Shown piece by piece: positions 33,248-42,013 of a DNA stretch of 64,000 bases (within the stretch, counting starts at the first letter, position 1; the number at the start of each line of letters is the position of its first letter). The position numbers and the translations under genes are program-made. The notes beneath the pieces were generated by a model. The model did not search any database and had not been told where the DNA came from. It was given only the letters and a program-made list of their open reading frames with translations. The DNA is from Ignavibacteriales bacterium (GTDB lineage Bacteria > Bacteroidota > Ignavibacteria > UBA10030 > UBA6906). The stretch lies in contig JBBIRR010000018.1 of NCBI GenBank assembly GCA_037441705.1, positions 10,442 to 74,441 on the forward strand. Reading direction: 5' to 3'.

Positions 33248-33276
33248 AATATAAGCGGCCATATCATCAGAAGCAA
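33248..33276 (-). promoter_or_regulatory. carH-crt operon promoter
   Basis: Minus strand TTGCTT-N17-TATATT, followed by an AT-rich leader (possible operator). Confidence 0.65.
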
Positions 33277-33383
33277 GCAGGAACAGGAAAAATTTTTCGA
33301 GGGCGCACCGGGCGGGTCGGCGTGTAAGGCGGTGGAATGAACGACTGGGGCTTCGGGTCAAGTATGAGAGGGCGCTAAGCGCC

Positions 33384-33421
33384 CGCAACTCCCTCTACAT
33401 TAAGGCGTTAGAGGGGTTGCG
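33384..33421. repeat. Intergenic inverted repeat
   Basis: CGCAACTCCCTCTA-N11-TAGAGGGGTTGCG; no U-tract. Confidence 0.45.
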
Positions 33422-33471
33422 TCAGCTGAACAGGAATGCTTGTGTGGTAGGCGGTTTGCGTTAGATTCGAG

Positions 33472-34920
33472 TTAGTACCTCGTCAGGTGTGGGGCAACAC
33501 GTTCGGCCCATGCATCAATTCCGCCGACCAGGTTTTTCACCTTCGTGAACCCAAGGTCTCGAAGCAGTTCCACCGCTCGCGCGCTGCGGGTTCCGTGGTG
33601 GCAGTGCACGACGATTTCCCGCGCCGAGTCCAGCTCGTGCACGCGCTTGGGGAGGTCGTTCAGCGGAATCAGGTAGCCGTTCATGTTCACGATCTGGTAT
33701 TCATGCGGCTCACGCACATCTAACACAAACACGTCCTCTCCACGATCCATCTTTGCTTTGAGTTCTTCCGGCGTGATCTCAAACTCCCGCACGCTGCCGC
33801 CATCGGTCGGCGCGATGCCGCAGAACGCCTCATAGTCGATCAGCTCCTTGATGGTCGGATGTTCGCTGCACATGGGGCACTCCGGATTCTTGCGAAGCTT
33901 CAGCTCGCGAACCTGCATGGTGAGTGCATCGAGAAGCAACAGTCTGCCGATCAGCGGCGTGCCGATGCCGAGAATCAGCTTGATGGTTTCTGTTGCTTGA
34001 ATGGTGCCGATGATTCCCGGCAGCACACCTAGCACTCCGCCTTCTGCGCAACTGGGGACAAGTCCCGGCGGCGGCGGCTCGGCATACAAGCAGCGGTAAC
34101 ACGGACCTTCCTCTGCGTAGAACACCGACGCCTGTCCGTCAAACCGGAAGATGCTGCCGTAAATGTTCGGCTTCTTGAGCAGCACACACGCGTCGTTGAC
34201 GAGGTAGCGTGTAGGGAAATTGTCCGTGCCGTCAACGATCACGTCGTACGGCGAGAGAATCTCCAGGGCATTTACTGAAGTCAGGCGCGTCTCATACAAC
34301 TCGACATGCACATGGGGATTGATCTCGGCAATGCGTTCTTTGGCCGATTCGAGTTTCGAACGCCCGACGTTGTTGGTGCAATGGAGAATCTGCCGCTGCA
34401 GATTGGACTGATCCACGATGTCGAAGTCCACGATGCCGATGCGTCCGACCCCGGCGGCGGCGAGATACAGCGCTACCGGCGAGCCGAGTCCCCCTGCGCC
34501 GGCGAGCAGCACGCTGGCGGCTTTCAGTTTTTTCTGACCGTCAAGCCCGACCTCCGGCATGATGAGGTGTCTGCCGTAGCGGCGGAATTCTTCCCGAGAG
34601 AGCTGCACGCCGCTTTGAGGCGAAGCAATGGTTGCCTCTGCCCCGCCCGCAATCGCAGGAATGATGCTGACGACGTCCTTCTCGGAGACCGGCGTGTGTT
34701 CTTTCTTCAACGAGCGAATGTCTTCGTTGTTGACGTAGACATTCACAAACGCACGCAGCGTGCCATCATCGGCAAAGAGATGGCGCCGCAGGAGAGGATA
34801 CGTTTTCGCGAGATGGTCCAGCACCTCGCCGACGGTTGCCCCTTCGGCAGGGATTGCGTCCTGCCGCTCCGTGTACGCACGCAACGGCGTCGGAATCAGA
34901 ACTTTCGTTGCCATGGTCAT
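33472..34920 (-). CDS. moeZ: Fusion protein: MoaD/CysO ubiquitin-like sulfur carrier + MoeB/ThiF adenylyltransferase + rhodanese (MoeZ-like)
   Basis: Ubl ending IIPAIAGG (residues 92-93 = GG), 'RYGRHL', GAGGLG, 'SNLQRQ', CYRC, 'CAEGGVLG', rhodanese CHHGTRS. Confidence 0.9.
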   Translation of the reverse strand: MTMATKVLIPTPLRAYTERQDAIPAEGATVGEVLDHLAKTYPLLRRHLFADDGTLRAFVNVYVNNEDIRSLKKEHTPVSEKDVVSIIPAIAGGAEATIASPQSGVQLSREEFRRYGRHLIMPEVGLDGQKKLKAASVLLAGAGGLGSPVALYLAAAGVGRIGIVDFDIVDQSNLQRQILHCTNNVGRSKLESAKERIAEINPHVHVELYETRLTSVNALEILSPYDVIVDGTDNFPTRYLVNDACVLLKKPNIYGSIFRFDGQASVFYAEEGPCYRCLYAEPPPPGLVPSCAEGGVLGVLPGIIGTIQATETIKLILGIGTPLIGRLLLLDALTMQVRELKLRKNPECPMCSEHPTIKELIDYEAFCGIAPTDGGSVREFEITPEELKAKMDRGEDVFVLDVREPHEYQIVNMNGYLIPLNDLPKRVHELDSAREIVVHCHHGTRSARAVELLRDLGFTKVKNLVGGIDAWAERVAPHLTRY

Positions 34921-34946
34921 AAGCCTCCTTCATCGTTCACATTCTT

Positions 34947-35387
34947 CTATCCGTGCACACACTCACCTTCGGTCACCACCAACGGTTCCTCGTCGAACCC
35001 CGAGCGGTCGTCGCGCAACCGCCACGACTGAACGGCGGCGGGGATGCCGTTCTCCACCGCTGCAATGACATACGAGTACCACGGAAGCGCGTTTTCAAGG
35101 TCGAACGCGGAAGGCTTCGCGGTATGGTCAGGATGCGAGTGGTAGAACCCGAGCACCTGCACCGACTGTTGCGAGGCGAATTCCTCGGCCGTGCGGTACT
35201 CCTCGGGGTCGATAAGATACCGCCGCTCGCGGTTTTCAACGACGGCGTTGCGCACCTCATGGACATCACATACGATGCGCGCGTCCTCGCGTTCAAGCCC
35301 GAGCAGAATGCCGCAGCACTCCTCCGGGTACGTTTGCATTGCATGCACCTTCAGCTTATGCAAGGCGGTATGACTGAGCTGTAGCAT
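34947..35387 (-). CDS. mec: JAMM/MPN+ (M67) metalloprotease, Mec-like
   Basis: 'YPEECCG', 'FYHSHPDH...PS..D' JAMM motif. Confidence 0.88.
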   Translation of the reverse strand: MLQLSHTALHKLKVHAMQTYPEECCGILLGLEREDARIVCDVHEVRNAVVENRERRYLIDPEEYRTAEEFASQQSVQVLGFYHSHPDHTAKPSAFDLENALPWYSYVIAAVENGIPAAVQSWRLRDDRSGFDEEPLVVTEGECVHG

Positions 35388-36312
35388 CGTTGTTCTCCCC
35401 AAATACGTCGTGCAAGTATCGCGAACCGTGGTCTGCAAAAATCGTTACCACAACGCCGGCTCGCAGCCGTTCAGCAACGCGCAGCGAGGCAACAAACGCA
35501 GCGGCCGACGAAAGCCCGATGAGCAAGCCTTCCTGACGCGCGGTTCGCCGGGCCATTTCTTCCGCTTCTTCGGTTGACACTTCTATCGTCTCGTCGGCGA
35601 GCGTCGGGTCGAATATGCCCGGCACATCGGCAGTTGGCAAGTGCTTCAGCCCTTCCAGCCCGTGCAGCGGCGAATCCGGTTGCACGGCGATGCAGCGGAT
35701 GGAGGGATTGAATTCCTTGAGACGCCGCGCCGTGCCGACGAACGTTCCGGTGGTGCCAAGCCCGGCCACGAAATGCGTGATGCGCCCTTCAGTCTGCCTG
35801 ATGATCTCCGCGGCTGTTGTCGTGTAATGTGCCTGCCAGTTTGCCGGATTGTTGTACTGATCGGGATAAAAGTAGCGATCGGGATTTGCGTGCACGATGG
35901 CGCGCACGGTTTCCCGCGCGCCGTCCGTTCCTTCTAACGGATTCGTGTAGATAACATCCGCGCCGTACGCTGCAAGCAGACGCTTGCGTTCCTGGCCGGC
36001 GTTGGCTGGAACGGCAAGCTGCACACGGTATCCGAGTACGGCACCAAGCATGGCGTATGCGATGCCCGTGTTGCCGCTCGTGGCGTCGATGATAATCTTC
36101 TCCTTCGTCAGCTTGCCCGTCCGTTCGCCTTCCCGAATCATGTTGAGCGCAGCGCGGTCCTTCACCGACCCACCCGGGTTATACCATTCCGCCTTTGCGA
36201 AGAGTTGCACATTCGGGCGCCCCGCGCCGATCTGCCGAAGGCGCAGGAGCGGCGTGTTGCCGATAAGCTCCGCGATATCTGAACCCGTCAGGCGCTGGCT
36301 AATAGTAATCAT
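35356..36312 (-). CDS. cysM: PLP-dependent cysteine synthase (CysM type)
   Basis: 'IGNTPL', 'NPGGSVKDR', 'TSGNTG', 'GLGTTGT', 'GLEGLK'. Confidence 0.9.
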   Translation of the reverse strand: MITISQRLTGSDIAELIGNTPLLRLRQIGAGRPNVQLFAKAEWYNPGGSVKDRAALNMIREGERTGKLTKEKIIIDATSGNTGIAYAMLGAVLGYRVQLAVPANAGQERKRLLAAYGADVIYTNPLEGTDGARETVRAIVHANPDRYFYPDQYNNPANWQAHYTTTAAEIIRQTEGRITHFVAGLGTTGTFVGTARRLKEFNPSIRCIAVQPDSPLHGLEGLKHLPTADVPGIFDPTLADETIEVSTEEAEEMARRTARQEGLLIGLSSAAAFVASLRVAERLRAGVVVTIFADHGSRYLHDVFGENNDATAQSYRLA

Positions 36313-36374
36313 AAAAAATCAAAGAACAGAACTCTGTTTTTGAGACAGCAGTGTGTAAGATTGTACGGAAGAAA

Positions 36375-36407
36375 GCTGTTGATGAACGCGCGCGGTTCAA
36401 CAACAGC
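36375..36407 (-). terminator. Attenuator-like hairpin overlapping the leader-peptide Cys-Cys-stop codons
   Basis: Minus strand GCTGTTG-T-TGAAC-N7-GTTCA-T-CAACAGC followed by TTTCTT. Confidence 0.6.
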
Positions 36408-36498
36408 CGCTACAGATGCAGCGAAGCGAACGGCAGGAACGGGCGGCCTTCAGAAGAAGGCTTTCCGCGAACGAGGATGTGTGGAGTAACGCTATCAT
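36397..36498 (-). CDS. Putative Cys-rich leader peptide (33 aa)
   Basis: MIALLHTSSFAESLLLKAARSCRSLRCICSGCC*; 5 Cys in the last 12 codons, ending 84 nt upstream of cysM. Confidence 0.6.
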   Translation of the reverse strand: MIALLHTSSFAESLLLKAARSCRSLRCICSGCC

Positions 36499-36527
36499 GC
36501 AAAGAACGCTGAGACGCTCTACCACCT

Positions 36528-37871
36528 TTAACGCCGAGCGGGCGGTTTTAGTTCGGAGGCCGCGACAACCCGCGACCACCGCTGCGTGCCGGTGGAGTCG
36601 TACAACGCGAACGTCACCCGCCGGTCGGCCGCCGGCCCATCGAACCGCAGCATGCCGAAGTTGCGCGTATCGTTGACGAACGTACCGGGCACGAGAAGCG
36701 CGTTCTCCTCCGGACGACGTTCGGTTGCCACGCCGGCGGTGAGCGGCGAGGACGTGAAGTCGTAAAGAGGATAGAAGCTCGTATCCGGCAGCATGCTGAG
36801 TTCGGCAAAATGCCTGTCACCGGAAAGAAAGATCACGCCCGGAATGCTCTGTGCCTTGATCCAGCCGATCAGATCTTGGAAATCCGACGGATAGCGGCGC
36901 AGTGTTTCATAGGAATGGTGAGAGAGAAACTGATTGCCATTGACGACGACTCGAAATGTTGCCGTGCTTGCAAGCAGACTTTCCTTCAACCAGGAGAGTT
37001 GTGCGGTTCCAAACATCGTCTTCTCCGGCGTTTCGGGCATGCGATTGGGCGAACGATGGTAGCGATCATCCAACATGAAAAATTCCACGTCACCCCACTG
37101 AAAACGATAGAATACACCGGGTGTCTCTGCCGTCCCGTGAGTTTGATTGGCCCAGTAGTCCGTGAAAATCTGCAGCGCGGCCGAGCGCAACCGATATGTT
37201 CGATCGGCATCGTTGGGTCCGTAGTCATGATCGTCCCAGATGGCGTAGTGATGCGTTGAGCCGAGCAGGGGTTGAAGCTCAGCAATCGCACGATCTCGCG
37301 CCACACGCCGGCGCATTGCTGATTCCGCAAAGTAATCCACCTCGCGGTAGTACCAGTTGTCGCCGAGCCAGAGCATGAGTTCGGGTTTTTTTGCAGCTAT
37401 GGCTCGAAAGATCGCGTAACTTCCACCGTACGGCCTACCGGGTCGGTCGGCCGTTGTGTCGTTGATGTATGCGCACGACCCGAACGCAACGCTGAATGCC
37501 GGCGGCTCCGTGCGCCACTGCCAGAATGGTTGCGTCACGAATGTGAGGGGATACGGACGCGCGTGTGCCTTCCCATTCAATATCATTTCGTACTCATACC
37601 GGGTGCCGGGTTTGAGATTGGTGAGAACGACTTTCGCGATGAAGTCGGACTCTTCTGTGGCATTGACTCTCTTACTGAGCGAAGCGTTTTTCCTGTCTCC
37701 CTCAATCCAATACCGATACTGAACCGTTGCAGCCGACGTTGTTTGCACCCACAACATCGTCTCCGTCATCTCGCCGTACCCCAGCATCGGCCCTGAGCGG
37801 ACGGAAGGTTGCTGCGTGTAAACAGGCTGGATGAGAGAGACAAGGAGAACGACGGCGTAGAACAATCGCAT
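36528..37871 (-). CDS. phoD: Alkaline phosphatase D family protein
   Basis: 'FGSC', 'WLGDN.Y', 'WDDHDY', 'LDDRY.R', 'LSGDRH'. Signal peptide from the ATG at 37871. Confidence 0.9.
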   Translation of the reverse strand: MRLFYAVVLLVSLIQPVYTQQPSVRSGPMLGYGEMTETMLWVQTTSAATVQYRYWIEGDRKNASLSKRVNATEESDFIAKVVLTNLKPGTRYEYEMILNGKAHARPYPLTFVTQPFWQWRTEPPAFSVAFGSCAYINDTTADRPGRPYGGSYAIFRAIAAKKPELMLWLGDNWYYREVDYFAESAMRRRVARDRAIAELQPLLGSTHHYAIWDDHDYGPNDADRTYRLRSAALQIFTDYWANQTHGTAETPGVFYRFQWGDVEFFMLDDRYHRSPNRMPETPEKTMFGTAQLSWLKESLLASTATFRVVVNGNQFLSHHSYETLRRYPSDFQDLIGWIKAQSIPGVIFLSGDRHFAELSMLPDTSFYPLYDFTSSPLTAGVATERRPEENALLVPGTFVNDTRNFGMLRFDGPAADRRVTFALYDSTGTQRWSRVVAASELKPPARR

Positions 37872-37982
37872 TGAAGAGTCCTGACATATTTGGGTGAATG
37901 ATGACAAGAACATACGGAAGAAGGTGTTGACAGACAAGAAGGTGGGTGAGGCTGAATTGGTGAATGTGTGTGACCGAAAGTC

Positions 37983-38147
37983 GGGGCTGCACAAAAACAA
38001 ACCATTGTCATTCTGAACCCTTCGGCTTCGCTCAGGGTAAACTCAGCGAAGCGGAGTGAAGAATCCAGTAAATGGCTCGGTTCTCGATTCTTCGCCTCTG
38101 AGAAACGAGGCTCAGAATGACGTGGTGACTACTTTTTGGTCAGCCTC
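37983..38147. mobile_element. Non-autonomous MITE-like nested palindromic element
   Basis: Outer imperfect IR GGGGCTGCACAAAAA / TTTTTGGTCAGCCTC; inner IR GTCATTCTGA(38007)...TCAGAATGAC(38121); GAAGAATC/GATTCTTC; inner hairpin CCCTTCGGCTTCGCTCAGGG. Confidence 0.7.
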
Positions 38148-38306
38148 CTACAACAGTCCCCGGAAGCAAGTTTGAATAACTCGGTGTTCTCCGTGGATCA
38201 TCTTCACCAGCAACACTGCGCGTTGATTTTCGGAGTGAGATTACGTTAATTGCAGCATGAGGAGAACTCCTCGCTCGCAATCGCACACGAAAACGCTCCG
38301 TCGCGT

Positions 38307-40946
38307 ATGTCCACTCCCCTCATGAAACAGTACGCTTCCGTGAAGGCGAAGTATCCCGACACGATACTCCTCTTTCGCATGGGGGATTTCTTCGAGACGT
38401 TCGAAGAGGATGCGAAGATTACCTCGAAGGTGTTGGGCATTACGCTGACGAAGCGGGGCAACGGGGCTGCCGGTGAAGTGCCGCTTGCCGGCTTCCCCCA
38501 TCATGCACTCGAGTCCTATCTCCCCAAACTCCTCAAGGCGGGCTACCGCGTGGCTGTGTGCGAGCAGTTGGAAGACCCGAAGTTTGCCAAAGGCATCGTC
38601 AAACGCGATGTGATTGAGGTGGTGACACCCGGGGTGGCCTTTTCCGACCGAATTCTCGACAGGAAGCAGAACAACTATCTCGCCGCAGTCGCGCTTCCGT
38701 CCGCTGTCGCAACCGGCACCGACACTATCGGCTTTGCGTTTGTGGACGTGACGACGGCGGAGTTCAACGTTAGCGAGTTTCCGCTCAAACAACTCGCCGA
38801 ACAGATTGCTGTCGTTTCTCCTTCCGAGATTCTCGTGCAAAAGCGTGATCTCGCCTCGCTGCAGGAACTGCTCAAAGAACATTACAAGGGCATCTTCACG
38901 AAAATCGAAGATTGGATTTTCAATTTCGACTACTGCTACGAACAACTCGTTTCGCAATTCAACACGCAGTCGCTAAAAGGTTTTGGGGTCGAGGAAATGA
39001 AGCAAGGAGTGATTGCCGCAGGCGCGGCCATGCACTACCTGCAGGAGACGCAGAAAGCTAATCTCCCCCACATCAAATCGCTGCGCCGGCACGATGTGGC
39101 CGACTACATCATTCTCGATCCCTCAACGAAACGCAACCTCGAGATCATCTCCTCACTCTCGGGCACGAGCGAGGGCACGCTCTTCGCCATCCTTGACAAA
39201 ACCGAGACGCCGATGGGCGGACGGATGCTGAAACGCTGGATCAATCAACCGCTGAACAAAGTTGAGGCGATCCGGCAGCGGCTGGACGCGGTGGAGGAGT
39301 TAGTGCAGAAACCCGAGATCAGAGACCGAGTGTCCGAAGTGCTGTCGCGCATCGGGGACTTAGAGCGGCTGAATGCGAAAATCTGTACGGGTCGTGCGAC
39401 GCCGCGCGATGTTGTTGCATTGAAGTTTATCCTGATGGAAATCTCCAATTTGAAAACCTCAACGACGGGTCTCGCGTCCGACGCGCTCAAGGCGGTTCAT
39501 TCTCGCCTCCAACCCCTTCCTGAGATCATCTCGCTGATCGAAACCGGGCTTGAACCTGATCCGCCGCTCTCACTTGCAGATGGCGGTGTGATAAAGAAGG
39601 GATACAACGGCGAGCTGGACGACTTGCGCCGTCTTGCCCTCAGCGGTAAGAGCTGGATTGCCGAGCTGCAGAAAACCGAACGCGAACGTACCGGCATCCC
39701 GTCGCTGAAAGTCGGATTCAACAACGTGTTCGGGTACTACATCGAAGTCACCAAGACACACAAGGACAAAGTGCCCTCCCACTACATCCGCAAGCAGACG
39801 ATTGCGACGGGCGAGCGCTTTGTGACGCCGGAGTTGAAGGCGTATGAAGAAAAGATTCTCCATGCCGAGGAAAAGATCCTCGCGCTGGAGACGCAACTGT
39901 TCAATGAGTTGCGGATGAAGATCGCCGAGCATGCAACGGCCATCCAAACCAACGCGCAGATGATAGCCGCGCTGGATTGTTTCACGGCGCTTGCTCGCGT
40001 GGCGGTGGAGTACGAGTACTGCCGTCCCGACGTGAACGAGTCTACCCTTCTGCACATCACGGGCGGTCGCCATCCCGTGATCGAGCGGCTGCTGCCGCCC
40101 GGCGACAAGTATATCCCCAACGACGTGAAGCTCGATACAACGTCCGATCAGATTCTCATCATCACCGGACCCAACATGAGCGGGAAGTCCAGCTACCTGC
40201 GCATGACCGGCTTGATTGTTCTGCTCGCGCAGATCGGGAGTTTTGTACCGGCGAGCATGGCCGTTATCGGTGTGGTGGATAAGATTTACACCCGCGTCGG
40301 AGCGAGCGACAACATTGCGTCGGGGGAGAGTACGTTTCTCGTCGAGATGCACGAAGCAGCACACATCGTGAACACGGCGACGAAGCGGAGCTTGATTTTG
40401 TTGGATGAAGTCGGCCGCGGCACGAGCACGTTCGACGGCATCAGCATCGCGTGGTCGCTGACGGAATACCTGCACGAACGCGTCGGCGCACGGACACTGT
40501 TTGCAACGCATTACCACGAACTGAACGAGCTTGCCGATCTCTTTCCGCGCATCAAGAATTACAAAGTGGAGGTGCGGGAGTACGGCGACAAAGTGATCTT
40601 CCTCCACAAAGTCACGCCCGGCGTTGCCGACCATTCCTACGGCATTCAGGTCGCCCAAATGGCGGGCCTGCCGGAGGAGGTGACGGAGCGAGCGAAGAAG
40701 ATTTTGAAGAATTTAGAAGGATCGGAGCTAACGGTGCATGGAGAAGGCGGAGAGGGTTCAGGGTTCAAGGTTCAAGGTCGTGGGAAGAGGTCAAAGGGTC
40801 GCGTTGCGCCCGAGGTGCAGATGACGTTGTTCGAGATGCGCGACGACGCGCTGCGCGAAGAACTGCGCAAGATTGATGTGGAGAGGCTCACGCCTCTCGA
40901 GGCTCTCCAGAAACTTGCTGAGTTGAAGAAGTCACTGGGAACGTAA
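38307..40946 (+). CDS. mutS: DNA mismatch repair protein MutS
   Basis: 'TPLMKQY', 'FRMGDFFETF', Walker A GPNMSGKS, 'STFLVEM', 'LDEVGRGT', 'FATHYHEL', 'SYGIQVA'. Confidence 0.98.
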   Translation: MSTPLMKQYASVKAKYPDTILLFRMGDFFETFEEDAKITSKVLGITLTKRGNGAAGEVPLAGFPHHALESYLPKLLKAGYRVAVCEQLEDPKFAKGIVKRDVIEVVTPGVAFSDRILDRKQNNYLAAVALPSAVATGTDTIGFAFVDVTTAEFNVSEFPLKQLAEQIAVVSPSEILVQKRDLASLQELLKEHYKGIFTKIEDWIFNFDYCYEQLVSQFNTQSLKGFGVEEMKQGVIAAGAAMHYLQETQKANLPHIKSLRRHDVADYIILDPSTKRNLEIISSLSGTSEGTLFAILDKTETPMGGRMLKRWINQPLNKVEAIRQRLDAVEELVQKPEIRDRVSEVLSRIGDLERLNAKICTGRATPRDVVALKFILMEISNLKTSTTGLASDALKAVHSRLQPLPEIISLIETGLEPDPPLSLADGGVIKKGYNGELDDLRRLALSGKSWIAELQKTERERTGIPSLKVGFNNVFGYYIEVTKTHKDKVPSHYIRKQTIATGERFVTPELKAYEEKILHAEEKILALETQLFNELRMKIAEHATAIQTNAQMIAALDCFTALARVAVEYEYCRPDVNESTLLHITGGRHPVIERLLPPGDKYIPNDVKLDTTSDQILIITGPNMSGKSSYLRMTGLIVLLAQIGSFVPASMAVIGVVDKIYTRVGASDNIASGESTFLVEMHEAAHIVNTATKRSLILLDEVGRGTSTFDGISIAWSLTEYLHERVGARTLFATHYHELNELADLFPRIKNYKVEVREYGDKVIFLHKVTPGVADHSYGIQVAQMAGLPEEVTERAKKILKNLEGSELTVHGEGGEGSGFKVQGRGKRSKGRVAPEVQMTLFEMRDDALREELRKIDVERLTPLEALQKLAELKKSLGT

Positions 40947-41037
40947 CGGCTGCGCGTTTCGCACTGCGGAGCGTTATATTGTAGGTAAGCCTGATTTTTC
41001 GTACCATATGTGCAGCACGAACACAAATGTACGCCTC

Positions 41038-41121
41038 GCCCGGATGGCGAAATTGGCAGACGCGCTAGATTCAGGGTCTAGTGGCCGCAAGGCCGTGCAG
41101 GTTCAAGTCCTGTTCCGGGCA
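41038..41121 (+). tRNA. tRNA-Leu(CAG)
   Basis: GCCCGGA...TCCGGGCA, arm CTAGA-TTCAGGG-TCTAG, long variable arm. Confidence 0.96.
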
Positions 41122-41127
41122 CGACGA

Positions 41128-41160
41128 AAGAACGCCGTTGCTTTCTGCGCGGCGTTTTTC
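41128..41160 (+). terminator. Terminator after tRNA-Leu
   Basis: AACGCCG...CGGCGTT followed by a T-tract. Confidence 0.6.
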
Positions 41161-41214
41161 ATTGTCAGTACGTTTGCGTCAAGCTGTTGACGCGTCACTC
41201 AGCATGCAGAGAAC

Positions 41215-41970
41215 ATGAACAGATTGTTCGACCTTACAGGCAAGGTTGCCATCGTGACGGGAGCGAACACGGGGTTGGGCCAGGCGATGGCGGTTGGTCT
41301 CGCCGAAGCCGGCGCCGATGTGGTTCTTGTCGCGCGTTCCTCGCCCGATGAAACAGAGGCCGAGATTCATCGCGCGGGAAGACGAACGCTGCGCATTCTT
41401 GCCGATTTGCAAAACACCGATGCGATTCCGGTCATCGTCAGACGAACGCTGGAGGAATTCGGCAAGATTGATATTTTAGTCAACAACGCCGGCACCATCC
41501 GGCGGGCACCCGCGTTGGAGTTCTCCGAAAAGGATTGGGACGAGGTGATGAACCTGAATGCGAAGACGGTTTTCTTCCTCTCTCAGGCAGTTGCACGCGA
41601 GATGGTTCCGCACAAGAGCGGAAAAATCATCAACATCGCCTCGCTGCTGAGCTTTCAGGGAGGGATTACCGTTCCGTCGTACGCCGCAAGCAAAGGCGCA
41701 GTCGCGCAGGTAACGAAAGCACTCGCCAATGAGTGGGCAAAATATGGTTTGAACATCAACGCCATTGCGCCAGGATACATGGTGACCAATAACACCGAAC
41801 AGTTGAGGAATGATCCTGTGCGGTATAAGTCCATTTCAGAAAGGATTCCGGCGGGCCGGTGGGGCGAACCGTCCGATCTGAAGGGAGCCGTTGTATTTCT
41901 TGCATCGCAGGCTTCGGATTACGTGAATGGGCACATCCTCGTTGTAGATGGCGGCTGGTTGGGACGATGA
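41215..41970 (+). CDS. kduD: 2-dehydro-3-deoxy-D-gluconate 5-dehydrogenase
   Basis: SDR with TGANTGLG, NNAG, 'ASLLSFQGGI.VPSYAASK', 'APGYM.TNNT', 'RIPAGRWG'. Confidence 0.93.
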   Translation: MNRLFDLTGKVAIVTGANTGLGQAMAVGLAEAGADVVLVARSSPDETEAEIHRAGRRTLRILADLQNTDAIPVIVRRTLEEFGKIDILVNNAGTIRRAPALEFSEKDWDEVMNLNAKTVFFLSQAVAREMVPHKSGKIINIASLLSFQGGITVPSYAASKGAVAQVTKALANEWAKYGLNINAIAPGYMVTNNTEQLRNDPVRYKSISERIPAGRWGEPSDLKGAVVFLASQASDYVNGHILVVDGGWLGR

Positions 41971-42013
41971 CGGAGTGCTCGCATTGCGCCCTTGCACACA
42001 GGAGAAGAGAAGG

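Noticed and set aside
33207-33250. Specific CarH operator repeats
   Set aside because: The region is AT-rich, but I could not identify convincing 11-bp direct repeats.
37872-38000. N-terminal extension of phoD and GGTGA-type short periodicity at about 37940-37975
   Set aside because: The signal peptide starts at 37871; the periodicity is too degenerate to support a repeat call.
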